Shown here piece by piece: positions 9,729-18,344 of a stretch of 64,000 nt of DNA. This DNA comes from a bacterium (GTDB lineage: Bacteria; Electryoneota; Electryoneia; Electryoneales; Electryoneaceae), in contig OY769902.1 in assembly GCA_963669175.1 (NCBI GenBank), positions 4,928,001 to 4,992,000 on the forward strand, in the 5' to 3' direction. A model generated the notes under the pieces. That model saw nothing but the letters and a program-made list of their open reading frames with translations. It was not told the DNA's origin and did no database searches. The translations under genes were made by a program, and so were the position numbers. Every line of letters starts with the position of its first letter. The first letter of the stretch is position 1.

Positions 9729-10487
9729 TTACACCAGTTCACTCATATCCATGTCTTCAATTCCCGCCAGGTAATAGAATGCCTGTTCAAGGTCATCTTT
9801 ACCGGTTTCCGCCAATATCTCTTCCAGTGTCCCGACTGCCTTGAGTGTGCCTTCATGCAGCACACCGATGCGGTCGCAAAGTGTTTCGGCTTCACGCAGG
9901 TAATGAGTTGAAAACAGAACTGTCCGCTTTTCACCGCCACATGAGCGAATGAAATCGACAATGTGCTTGGCGGCAATGGGATCCAGCCCGCTGGTGGGTT
10001 CATCAAAGATCATCAATTTCGGATTGTGGACAATGGATCGGGCAATACTGACGCGCTTTTTCTGGCCGGTGGACATTTTTCCGTACTTCTTATCAATGAA
10101 TTTTTCCATATGCAGCGCGGCGTTCAGCTCTTCGACCCGGTCCTTGAGTTCCTGGCCTTTCATTCCGTACAAACCACCGTAATAGGCCATCACCTCCCTG
10201 CCGGTGAGGCGCGCATACAGGTTGGTATCTCCGGAAAGGAATCCGATGGCGCGCCGGACTTCATCCGGTTGCTTCACCGTGTCAAATCCGGCCACACGCG
10301 CAGCGCCTTCCGTAGGCTGAAACACGGTTGCCAGCATGCGCAAAGTGGTCGTTTTACCAGCCCCGTTTGTGCCTAACAGACCATAGATCTCGCCTTCACG
10401 GACATCGAGATCCAGATGATCAACGGCGACAACGGTGCCCTTCTTTTTATCCTTGAATACCTTGGTCAGTCCCTGGGTGGAAATCAT
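9729..10487 (-). CDS. ABC transporter ATP-binding protein, NatA-like
   Basis: Walker A GTNGAGKTT, signature MSTGQKKRV, Walker B IFDEPTSGLD, LFSTH switch. Confidence 0.9.
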   Translation of the reverse strand: MISTQGLTKVFKDKKKGTVVAVDHLDLDVREGEIYGLLGTNGAGKTTTLRMLATVFQPTEGAARVAGFDTVKQPDEVRRAIGFLSGDTNLYARLTGREVMAYYGGLYGMKGQELKDRVEELNAALHMEKFIDKKYGKMSTGQKKRVSIARSIVHNPKLMIFDEPTSGLDPIAAKHIVDFIRSCGGEKRTVLFSTHYLREAETLCDRIGVLHEGTLKAVGTLEEILAETGKDDLEQAFYYLAGIEDMDMSELV

Positions 10488-10541
10488 ATCTCTCTCGTTG
10501 TTCGACTGTTTAGACCTGCCATTTTCAAGGTGATAATCGTG

Positions 10542-11996
10542 CTAATACTCTATCCCCAACTCCTGCTCATACCAGTTGGAATTATTCAACTCTCCCTTCA
10601 TGGTGGAATGGACCTGAACGTAATCACCGTATGCGTTCCGGTCTACAAAAACAAACATCACTCCGCCCTCAATGTGATCATAGGTCCAGATCAAATAGGC
10701 TTTGCCGACATCCACATCGAACGGGTGATCTTCAACAAAGCTTGGTTCACCCAGCATGCAATAAACCCGTCCACGGTCGGTTGTCCAGCCTTCACGCCGG
10801 AAACTGTTGTAGCGTTCGTTCGCTGTACGAACACGATGCATATATTCGATCCGGAGTTCATTCTCCGTGGTACTGGTGTCAGGATCGTTGGCCAACCAGA
10901 ATTTAGCAAGGAAGGACCGTCTTGATTCAGGCGCCAGTTCATTCACAATCCGCTGAACACGCGGGGTCATGATGTATTTAACCTGTTCCAGCTCTTTGTC
11001 GATCTCCTCATCGCTCATGGCGGCAATATCGAAACCGGGGTCAGGTATGATCATAGCCTGGGTTGTTACTTCCATGTTCGGCTGGTACACCCAGAACATA
11101 CGCACCTTTTGAACAGAATTCCCCGTAACATTGTCCGTGACAGTAAGCAGCAACTCGTACTGTCCGGTCGGCAGGTTCACAATTGAGAAGGAATCGTAAT
11201 CAACCAGGTCCGGAGCTGGCGCTGGACGCTGTTTGGTAGGAAGTGTGATCAACTTCTTTTTACTGGTATTCTGGATTTCCCGATGTACTGTGTACGTTCC
11301 CCCCTCACCGGCAGTCAGGTTATAGATTTCCATGTAGTAGAACACATTGGAAACACTGCCGCCAAAAATCCGGTCGGCATTGGGTAATACCAGCAAACCG
11401 TTGTGGTTGAACTCGCTATCGCCCTCACCGGCCTTTTCGATCCGGGAAGCGATAATGATATCCGAGGTCAACAGGCCATCCATACCAAAGGATGATGCGT
11501 TGACGCGAACATCTTCCGTGCGCTGCATTCGCGAGATGAGGTCGGCTATGGTCATCTCGATTCGGTAGTCACCGGGTTTGACAACATACTGGATCAGTTC
11601 GGGGATTTTCTGACCGGCTTTGCGTTCTTCATTGGAAGCGGCAAAATCGCTCCTGACCCAAGTATCCCCGGTAATAAGGTTGCCTTCCTTATCAAAGACT
11701 TTGACCAGGATCTGGGCACGCGCTTCCACTCCATTCTCGACCTCTTCAGCCTTCAGAAAGAAGCGGTCAATCAAGGCATAGACATCAAGCTGAACATGTT
11801 CCTCGTCATAGCGTAGCGCGGCGACGTCCATGGTAAAAAACTTGACATTGGCCGGAAAAAACTCTTCGCCCTTGTCAACACTATCAACCACAGCAACGGA
11901 ATCGGCTTCCTGGGCTGTCACCACACCAACAGGCAGTGCAAAAATCAACAACACAACAGGCAACAGGTATATATACCTGGCTATCAGTCTTTTCAT
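10542..11996 (-). CDS. GWxTD domain-containing protein
   Basis: Signal peptide; FW..NDP.T.T.ENE...EY..RV..AN.RY...EGWTTDRGRVYCMLGEP. Its start overlaps the smc stop (ATGA). Confidence 0.9.
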   Translation of the reverse strand: MKRLIARYIYLLPVVLLIFALPVGVVTAQEADSVAVVDSVDKGEEFFPANVKFFTMDVAALRYDEEHVQLDVYALIDRFFLKAEEVENGVEARAQILVKVFDKEGNLITGDTWVRSDFAASNEERKAGQKIPELIQYVVKPGDYRIEMTIADLISRMQRTEDVRVNASSFGMDGLLTSDIIIASRIEKAGEGDSEFNHNGLLVLPNADRIFGGSVSNVFYYMEIYNLTAGEGGTYTVHREIQNTSKKKLITLPTKQRPAPAPDLVDYDSFSIVNLPTGQYELLLTVTDNVTGNSVQKVRMFWVYQPNMEVTTQAMIIPDPGFDIAAMSDEEIDKELEQVKYIMTPRVQRIVNELAPESRRSFLAKFWLANDPDTSTTENELRIEYMHRVRTANERYNSFRREGWTTDRGRVYCMLGEPSFVEDHPFDVDVGKAYLIWTYDHIEGGVMFVFVDRNAYGDYVQVHSTMKGELNNSNWYEQELGIEY

Positions 11997-14900
11997 GCTT
12001 CGGTCTCCTCCACAACTACCTCTGACCGGCTGCTGCCCAATCGATTGCTGATCTCAACAGCCACAAGCTTCGACACGCCATCTTCTTCCATAGTGACACC
12101 GTACAAACGGTCAGCCCGTTCCATCGTTAATTTATTATGAGTTACGACTAAAAACTGGGTGCGATTGGTAAATTCTTTTAATAATTCATTAAATCGTTGC
12201 ACATTGACATCATCCAGCGGGGCATCCACTTCATCCAGGAAACAGAAGGGCGCCGGACGTTCCAGGTATAACGCAAACAACAACGCAATCGCGGTCATGG
12301 CCTTCTCGCCGCCGGAGAGAAGGTCTACCGCGTTCATCCTTTTTCCTCGTGGTGACGCAAAGATTTGAATACCCGCTTCGAGGGGATCCCCTTCGGCCAG
12401 GGCGAGCGATGCCTCCCCACCATTGAACAGGCGTTTGAATAATTCGACGAAGTTGCCTTCAACTCGTTTAAAGGTCTCCAGAAATCTCCTGCGGGCAATG
12501 CTGTTGATTTCTTTGATCGTCTGCTCAAGCGTCTCTTTGGCCTCAACCAGGTCTGCACGCTGTTCGTTCATCGACGTGAACCGACGGTCAACCTCTTCAA
12601 ACTCTTCGACCGCCATCTGGTTCACCGGACCGATGTTGTACAAGGCTTCACGCAGCTCACTCAGCGGACGGTCCGTATACGGATTCTCTTCTGAAATCGA
12701 TAGTGGCAGTTCCTCCTGCCGGGCCGAGGTCAGGTCGATCTTATACGCTTCCAGTATCCGTTCACGAATGGCGTTGTACTGATGGCGCATATCGGAAACG
12801 GTCAGCTCGTTGGCGTGCAACCTGTCTGACGTGCGTGCCAGTTCAGAACGATCCGCTTCCAGCAATCCGCTTTTTTCGGCAAAATCTCGCCGGACGGATT
12901 CATAATCTGATTGTGTTTTCTCCAGCGTTTTGGTCGTTTCTTTCAATTCCTGGTCAACCAGCTCGCCTTCAGCCTCAAGACGTTTCAGACGATCCAACGC
13001 ATCTTCACGCGCATCACTCGCCTGTTTTCGTTCCTGCTTGATCCTCTCCAGCCGGTTGTTGATTTCATCGAGGAATGCGCCTTGCCTGCGAACCTCGCCT
13101 TGCAGACGCTCGACTTCTGAAGCTACATCAACCTGCTGATCGTGGCGCTGTTCACGCGCTGAACGTAAAGCCTGTCCCGCTTCCTCATGGTTACGTAACT
13201 CAGCCTGCACCTGGGTCAGTTTATCGGAAAGCTCAACTTCATCCTTCTGATCCTGAACCAGTTGCTGCTGTTTCTTTTCCAGTTGCACATCAAATGTGGT
13301 AATATCTTGTTCTATGGTTTTGATTTCTTCGGTTCGCCGCATCTGTACCGCACGTCGCGCGTTCACATCCGACTCAACGCGGTGGGTCTCACGACGCAAG
13401 CGTTCCAGCTCGGTACGCTCATCCCGCAGCATGTTCTCGAACCCGGTCAGCTTTTTCTGAGCCTGGTCTTCTTCCAGTTGCAGTCGTGTAACTTCGCTCT
13501 GGGTCTGCGCGTAACGGTCCTGAACGTGACGTTCATCTTCTTTCGCCGATTGCAGCAGGTCTTCCGCGCCCAGGTCCGCCGGATCAACCTTTCCTGCCGC
13601 AAGTACGCCACTGGCAGAAAGAATTGCCCCTTCCGGTGTCACGAGTGCGACATTTTCCTGCCGAGCAGATTCCGCCAGATCAAGCAGAGATGCCAAATCC
13701 TTTACGATCCAGGTATTGGCCAGATGAGCCTCGGCTGTTTTTCCCGCCTTACCCTTAAAACGGATCTGATCAGTCAAACGACCCTTAACGCGCTCGTCGT
13801 CAGCAAAAGTTGGCGGTGCAGGGACATGCACATTCTTCGCTGCGGCGATAAGCAGACCACGCCCTTTATCGCCCTTCAGCAACAGTTCAACCGCGTCCTG
13901 CATGGACTTCTTTTCACCGACAACCACGGCTGAAGCGGCTTCCTCAAGCGCGGCAGCAGTGGCGACTTTCCATTCATCCTTCACGACGACAGAATCGCCC
14001 AGTCTCCCAAGAACTCCTTCCAGCCCAGCCTTCATCAGCGCCTTGACCGCCTTGGGACGTCCTTCGCCGCCTTTGACCATGCTTTCCAGCAAAACCACAC
14101 GTTTCCGGACAGCTTCCAGTTCACTGGTCGCACGCGCCGCTTCACGTTGCGCCCTGGAGCGTTCCTCGCGGGTTACATCCAGCTCTTCTCGCGATTTGAA
14201 ACGCTGTACATCCAACTCGGCCACGGTTTCTGTCTTCTCTTCAACCCGCTTGACCAGCGAATCCAGGTCCGGCAGTTCCTGTACAGCTTCCGCTTCTTCA
14301 CGCAGCTTGGCAAGTCTGTGCTGCGCGGCGTCATGACGCGCCGAAAGTTGCCGCAACTCGCTGTCCAGCGAGGCAACTTTGCGTTGCGCTTCACGGGCTT
14401 CCTTCTCCGCCTGATCACGGTTTTTCTGTAATACTCGATGCTGCTGATCGTACGCGTTCCAGTCGCCGTTCAGCTCTTCCAGCTTGGCGCGAACCGCCTG
14501 CAATCGTTGGGAGGCTTCGGAATGTTTTTTGTCCAGTTCATCTATTTCAACCGCGATCTGTTTGCGGCGCTGAATCAGCTCAACTTCTTCCGTGTCCTGT
14601 TCCAGGCTGCGCTGTTCCGCGGAACGAATCCGTTCCTGCAGCATCACGATATCCTGGTGAATGCCCTGGCTTCGGGTTTGCAAACCACCATGTTCCTGGC
14701 GCAATTTCGCAAGTTGCTCTTCCAACCCGCTTACACGTCCACGCAATGTCGCCTGCACTTCTTCCGCACGAGACAACTTGGTCTGGAGCGTTTCTTTCTG
14801 CTCCTTGTCGCGTTGGACACGTTCCTCCAACGGCGCCAACCTCGTTTTCAGGGTGCCGAATTCATCATACGCCGCGCTGATTTCCTTGCTGCGCAGCACC

Positions 14901-15559
14901 TCGCGTAAATAACGATAGCGTCGCGCTTTCGCGACCTGGCGTTGTAATGAAGTTCTACGGGTCTGTATTTCACCGATCAGGTCATCCAGTCGGATCAGGT
15001 CCGCTTCGGTGGCGTTCAGCTTGTTGCGTGACGCACGCAAGCGCACCTTGTACAACGTGACCCCGGCGGCCTCTTCGAACAGACGGCGACGTTCATCCGC
15101 GCTGCCGGACAGGATTTCTTTCACCATCGCCAGTTCGATAATGGAATAAGAATCCGGCCCCAATCCGGTATCGGCGAACAGGGAGCGTATGTCTTTGAGG
15201 CGTGCGGAGCGTTTATTGATCAGGTATTCCGATTCACCGGTACGATACAGGCGTCGGGTGATGGCAACTTCGGTATACTCGGCCGGGAGAACGCCCTGGT
15301 TGTTTTCGATGACAAGCGTTACCTCCGCCATGTGCATGGGCTTGCGGCCATTTGCACCTGCGAAAATCACGTTTTCCATCTTGTCCGAACGCAACACGCT
15401 GGTACGCTGCTCGCCCAGCACCCAACGGACGGCATCCACCAGGTTCGACTTGCCGCAGCCATTCGGCCCGACAATCGCCATCACGCCCGGATTGAAGGTG
15501 AGTTTGGTTCTCTTGGGAAAGGACTTGAAACCGAACAGTTCGAGGTCACTGAGAAACAC
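11993..15559 (-). CDS. smc: Chromosome segregation protein SMC
   Basis: GFKSF, GPNGCGKSN Walker A, long coiled coils with central hinge, LLSGGEK signature, LDEVDAPLDD Walker B, VTHN. Confidence 0.97.
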   Translation of the reverse strand: MFLSDLELFGFKSFPKRTKLTFNPGVMAIVGPNGCGKSNLVDAVRWVLGEQRTSVLRSDKMENVIFAGANGRKPMHMAEVTLVIENNQGVLPAEYTEVAITRRLYRTGESEYLINKRSARLKDIRSLFADTGLGPDSYSIIELAMVKEILSGSADERRRLFEEAAGVTLYKVRLRASRNKLNATEADLIRLDDLIGEIQTRRTSLQRQVAKARRYRYLREVLRSKEISAAYDEFGTLKTRLAPLEERVQRDKEQKETLQTKLSRAEEVQATLRGRVSGLEEQLAKLRQEHGGLQTRSQGIHQDIVMLQERIRSAEQRSLEQDTEEVELIQRRKQIAVEIDELDKKHSEASQRLQAVRAKLEELNGDWNAYDQQHRVLQKNRDQAEKEAREAQRKVASLDSELRQLSARHDAAQHRLAKLREEAEAVQELPDLDSLVKRVEEKTETVAELDVQRFKSREELDVTREERSRAQREAARATSELEAVRKRVVLLESMVKGGEGRPKAVKALMKAGLEGVLGRLGDSVVVKDEWKVATAAALEEAASAVVVGEKKSMQDAVELLLKGDKGRGLLIAAAKNVHVPAPPTFADDERVKGRLTDQIRFKGKAGKTAEAHLANTWIVKDLASLLDLAESARQENVALVTPEGAILSASGVLAAGKVDPADLGAEDLLQSAKEDERHVQDRYAQTQSEVTRLQLEEDQAQKKLTGFENMLRDERTELERLRRETHRVESDVNARRAVQMRRTEEIKTIEQDITTFDVQLEKKQQQLVQDQKDEVELSDKLTQVQAELRNHEEAGQALRSAREQRHDQQVDVASEVERLQGEVRRQGAFLDEINNRLERIKQERKQASDAREDALDRLKRLEAEGELVDQELKETTKTLEKTQSDYESVRRDFAEKSGLLEADRSELARTSDRLHANELTVSDMRHQYNAIRERILEAYKIDLTSARQEELPLSISEENPYTDRPLSELREALYNIGPVNQMAVEEFEEVDRRFTSMNEQRADLVEAKETLEQTIKEINSIARRRFLETFKRVEGNFVELFKRLFNGGEASLALAEGDPLEAGIQIFASPRGKRMNAVDLLSGGEKAMTAIALLFALYLERPAPFCFLDEVDAPLDDVNVQRFNELLKEFTNRTQFLVVTHNKLTMERADRLYGVTMEEDGVSKLVAVEISNRLGSSRSEVVVEETEA

Positions 15560-15770
15560 AGGCCCGCCTGCTATTTACATGATATACCGGGGGTTACCCT
15601 CACGCGCCCATCAGTAACCGGCTTGATCGCAGTGCCGGTTAGATCGATGAGGATGCAACCCGCTCGAATACAGCAAGCTACAAAAAAGGAGAGGTTTCAG
15701 CAAGCGCGTACGCTTCAATACGCAATTGATCATTTGGTCCGATTGCTGGTCAGTGGGGTTTCATCGTTAT

Positions 15771-15969
15771 AGCCCCGCCGGCTTGAAGTACGCTGAAGCG
15801 ATGACATTGTTGGCCCCGCCGGCTTGAAGCATGCTGAAGCGAAGCGGAAGCGACTGCCCGGCGGGGTTTATTTTACCTTAGAGGGCGTAACCTTCAGTCG
15901 TAAGAAGCGGACTAACTCTTCCATTTGAATAAGAATAGACCACCGCTGGACAAGCCAGCGGGGCCAATA
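15771..15969. repeat. Cluster of GC-rich palindromic dispersed repeats (family also at 61240-61303)
   Basis: GCCCCGCCGGCTTGAAG occurs twice. The reverse complement of ~15810-15872 matches 61240-61303. A short version AATAGACCACCGCTGGACAAGCCAGCGGGGCCAATA lies at 15934-15969. Confidence 0.8.
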
Positions 15970-16051
15970 GATGTGGAAGGCTTTTGTTTCGCATCAGGGC
16001 AATGAAGATGATTGATAATCCTTCTTTATCATAGACATCCTGTAAATGCAG

Positions 16052-18154
16052 TCATTTCAGGTATACGACTCTTTTCACGGCTCTTTGCTGCCCGGCCTGA
16101 AGCTGGATGAAGTACACACCTGCAGCAAAACTGCTCGCATCCAGTTGTATTTTTCCTTCACCCGATGCATTGCGTATTGTCATTGTATCCATGACCTCCC
16201 TGCCCAGTACATCGAACACCTTGATGGTGCCATGTGTGACAGGCATCTCGTAACGAACATGCAGCACCGAGTTGAAGGGATTGGGCCAGGTTTCGACCAG
16301 GATAAATTCATCCGGTTGAACGCGGATTTCTTCTTCAGGACGTGATAGAATCGAGTTGTTCACCAGCACACGTCCATTGGTCAGCAACAGATCGGCATCG
16401 CCATCCAACTGGTAATCAAAAACAGTCAGCACTTCACGGAATCCCGGATGTTGCCCGATATCCTGAAAGGCACTCACCGGATACCATTGCGGGGCGTCCT
16501 CTGTCCATTCATCACTGCTCAACCAGATTTCATCATCACCAAAGATGTAGAAATCAGGAACATCGTCAGCGTTAAAATCGCCGGTCTGAATGTGATAGGT
16601 ATACCCTGTCGCAATGGTGAAATAATCATTCCACTCTCCATCTGTATATTGGCTGATCGTCAAGGTATCATCATCCAAAGTGAGTACATCATACATTTCA
16701 CCAGAAGTTATGTCAGCTGCGACATATCCCAAGTAAAGATTTGTCGTAGAAGTATTTCGGTTATACAGACTTTCATTTTGCCATGTCACATCGTCATCAG
16801 TTGAGTAAACCCAAAGTTTGGAAAGAGTCTCATCGGACGTTTCCCCACCTCCCATCATCAAGCTGATACTGATCGCTTTCTCTTGTGCATTGTCCGCAGT
16901 AGCACCAATTGCCTGCATTCGGAGCTGGGAGGAATTTCTAAAACCTCCACCTGGAGGATGAATACTGACAGCAGTGTGCGAGTCCAGGTTGTTAATATAC
17001 GTGATTCGATGTGTTTCGCTGTCGTAAACCCAACTTAATATACTGTAATACTCTGTTATGGATGAAAAGATATAGTCTTCAAGAATCCAATGTCCGCTGT
17101 ACCATTTTGTCGCAGTAAGAAACTCTGCAATTTCACCAGTTTCAGAATCCTGCCAGACAGACAACACCTGCGAAGGGGTGCTGATCATGCAGTCATAGGA
17201 GAAATCCCAGTCATTACCTTCTCGTTCAATATTCCATGTCGTCCATGCGACGCCATCAAACGCAACCATTTCGTCGTTGGCATCTTCATCAAGTTGCACA
17301 AAACCGAAATTCTGCATGGAATGGAACAGGCCGGTTACTGACATCTCATCTGGCTCATCCTGATCAAGACCTTCATAGATTGTCATATTCTGGTAAGTGC
17401 TGACATCTCCACCGTATTCATCTCCATCACTTCTGGTATAGGTCAATACGTATTCCAGATCGCCATCCCCATCCAGGTCGCCAAGGTTCGCACAAGTGCT
17501 GTGTTGTTCACTGTCATTGATCTCAACCACGGATAACTCGGTTAAGGTCTGATTATCAGGGTCGGAAAGGTATCGGTGCAAATCTCCATACATTGTCGTA
17601 GTGATGATGTAATCCATTGATCCGTCGCCGTTCAGATCACCTAGTGACACAGATTTGCTCCTGGAATCATCATACACCAGTTCCGTATTGATTACTTCCG
17701 TCCATTCAATCTCTTCGGCGTACACATTGCATGTATAGGAACGCAGTATTACATGATACTGCTGGGGTTGTGTCAAATAGGCAAACCACAGCAGCGAGTC
17801 TGTTCCTGTCACTGTCCATGACATCAAGCTCGTGGCACCGATAAAACTGAAGCAGCTATCATCATATTCCCAGTGAAAGTCTTCGGTCTCATCCACATCC
17901 CGCACCATTCGCAAGCCGCCATCATCACGTCCCGTAACAAAAAATAATCCCGGCGCACCCTCAACTTTTGCTGGTTTGGCGTCTTTTATGAGGAGTGAAT
18001 CACCGTCACCGGCTGAAAGGGGCAGTTGCTCCCAGGTCCAGTCAAAATCCTGTGCTATGGCGGACTGTAATGGCAACAAGATAAATACGAACCAGATGAA
18101 GACAACCATGAAATGAAAACGATAGATAATAGTGGATGTGTCCTGTTGGATCAT
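16052..18154 (-). CDS. Secreted FG-GAP/VCBS-like repeat protein with C-terminal sorting domain
   Basis: GDLNGDGSMDY, GDLDGDGDLEY and GDFNADDVPDF Ca-binding repeats; TWPNPFNS...AAGVYFIQL CTD. Start may be 18109. Confidence 0.85.
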   Translation of the reverse strand: MIQQDTSTIIYRFHFMVVFIWFVFILLPLQSAIAQDFDWTWEQLPLSAGDGDSLLIKDAKPAKVEGAPGLFFVTGRDDGGLRMVRDVDETEDFHWEYDDSCFSFIGATSLMSWTVTGTDSLLWFAYLTQPQQYHVILRSYTCNVYAEEIEWTEVINTELVYDDSRSKSVSLGDLNGDGSMDYIITTTMYGDLHRYLSDPDNQTLTELSVVEINDSEQHSTCANLGDLDGDGDLEYVLTYTRSDGDEYGGDVSTYQNMTIYEGLDQDEPDEMSVTGLFHSMQNFGFVQLDEDANDEMVAFDGVAWTTWNIEREGNDWDFSYDCMISTPSQVLSVWQDSETGEIAEFLTATKWYSGHWILEDYIFSSITEYYSILSWVYDSETHRITYINNLDSHTAVSIHPPGGGFRNSSQLRMQAIGATADNAQEKAISISLMMGGGETSDETLSKLWVYSTDDDVTWQNESLYNRNTSTTNLYLGYVAADITSGEMYDVLTLDDDTLTISQYTDGEWNDYFTIATGYTYHIQTGDFNADDVPDFYIFGDDEIWLSSDEWTEDAPQWYPVSAFQDIGQHPGFREVLTVFDYQLDGDADLLLTNGRVLVNNSILSRPEEEIRVQPDEFILVETWPNPFNSVLHVRYEMPVTHGTIKVFDVLGREVMDTMTIRNASGEGKIQLDASSFAAGVYFIQLQAGQQRAVKRVVYLK

Positions 18155-18344
18155 GAATCGACTCCTTCTCCTGATAGAGTTGTGGCTTGATACTTTCCCC
18201 CCTGAAATATAAACTGTAATGAAAATTCACAGATATGCAATAAAATCAGGAGACACAAACAGAGTAAACCCGACTGGTTGCCAGCCGGGCTGTAATAAAC
18301 AATCCTGATCATCCTTCCCTTTCCTGTCCATCCTGTAGATATAA

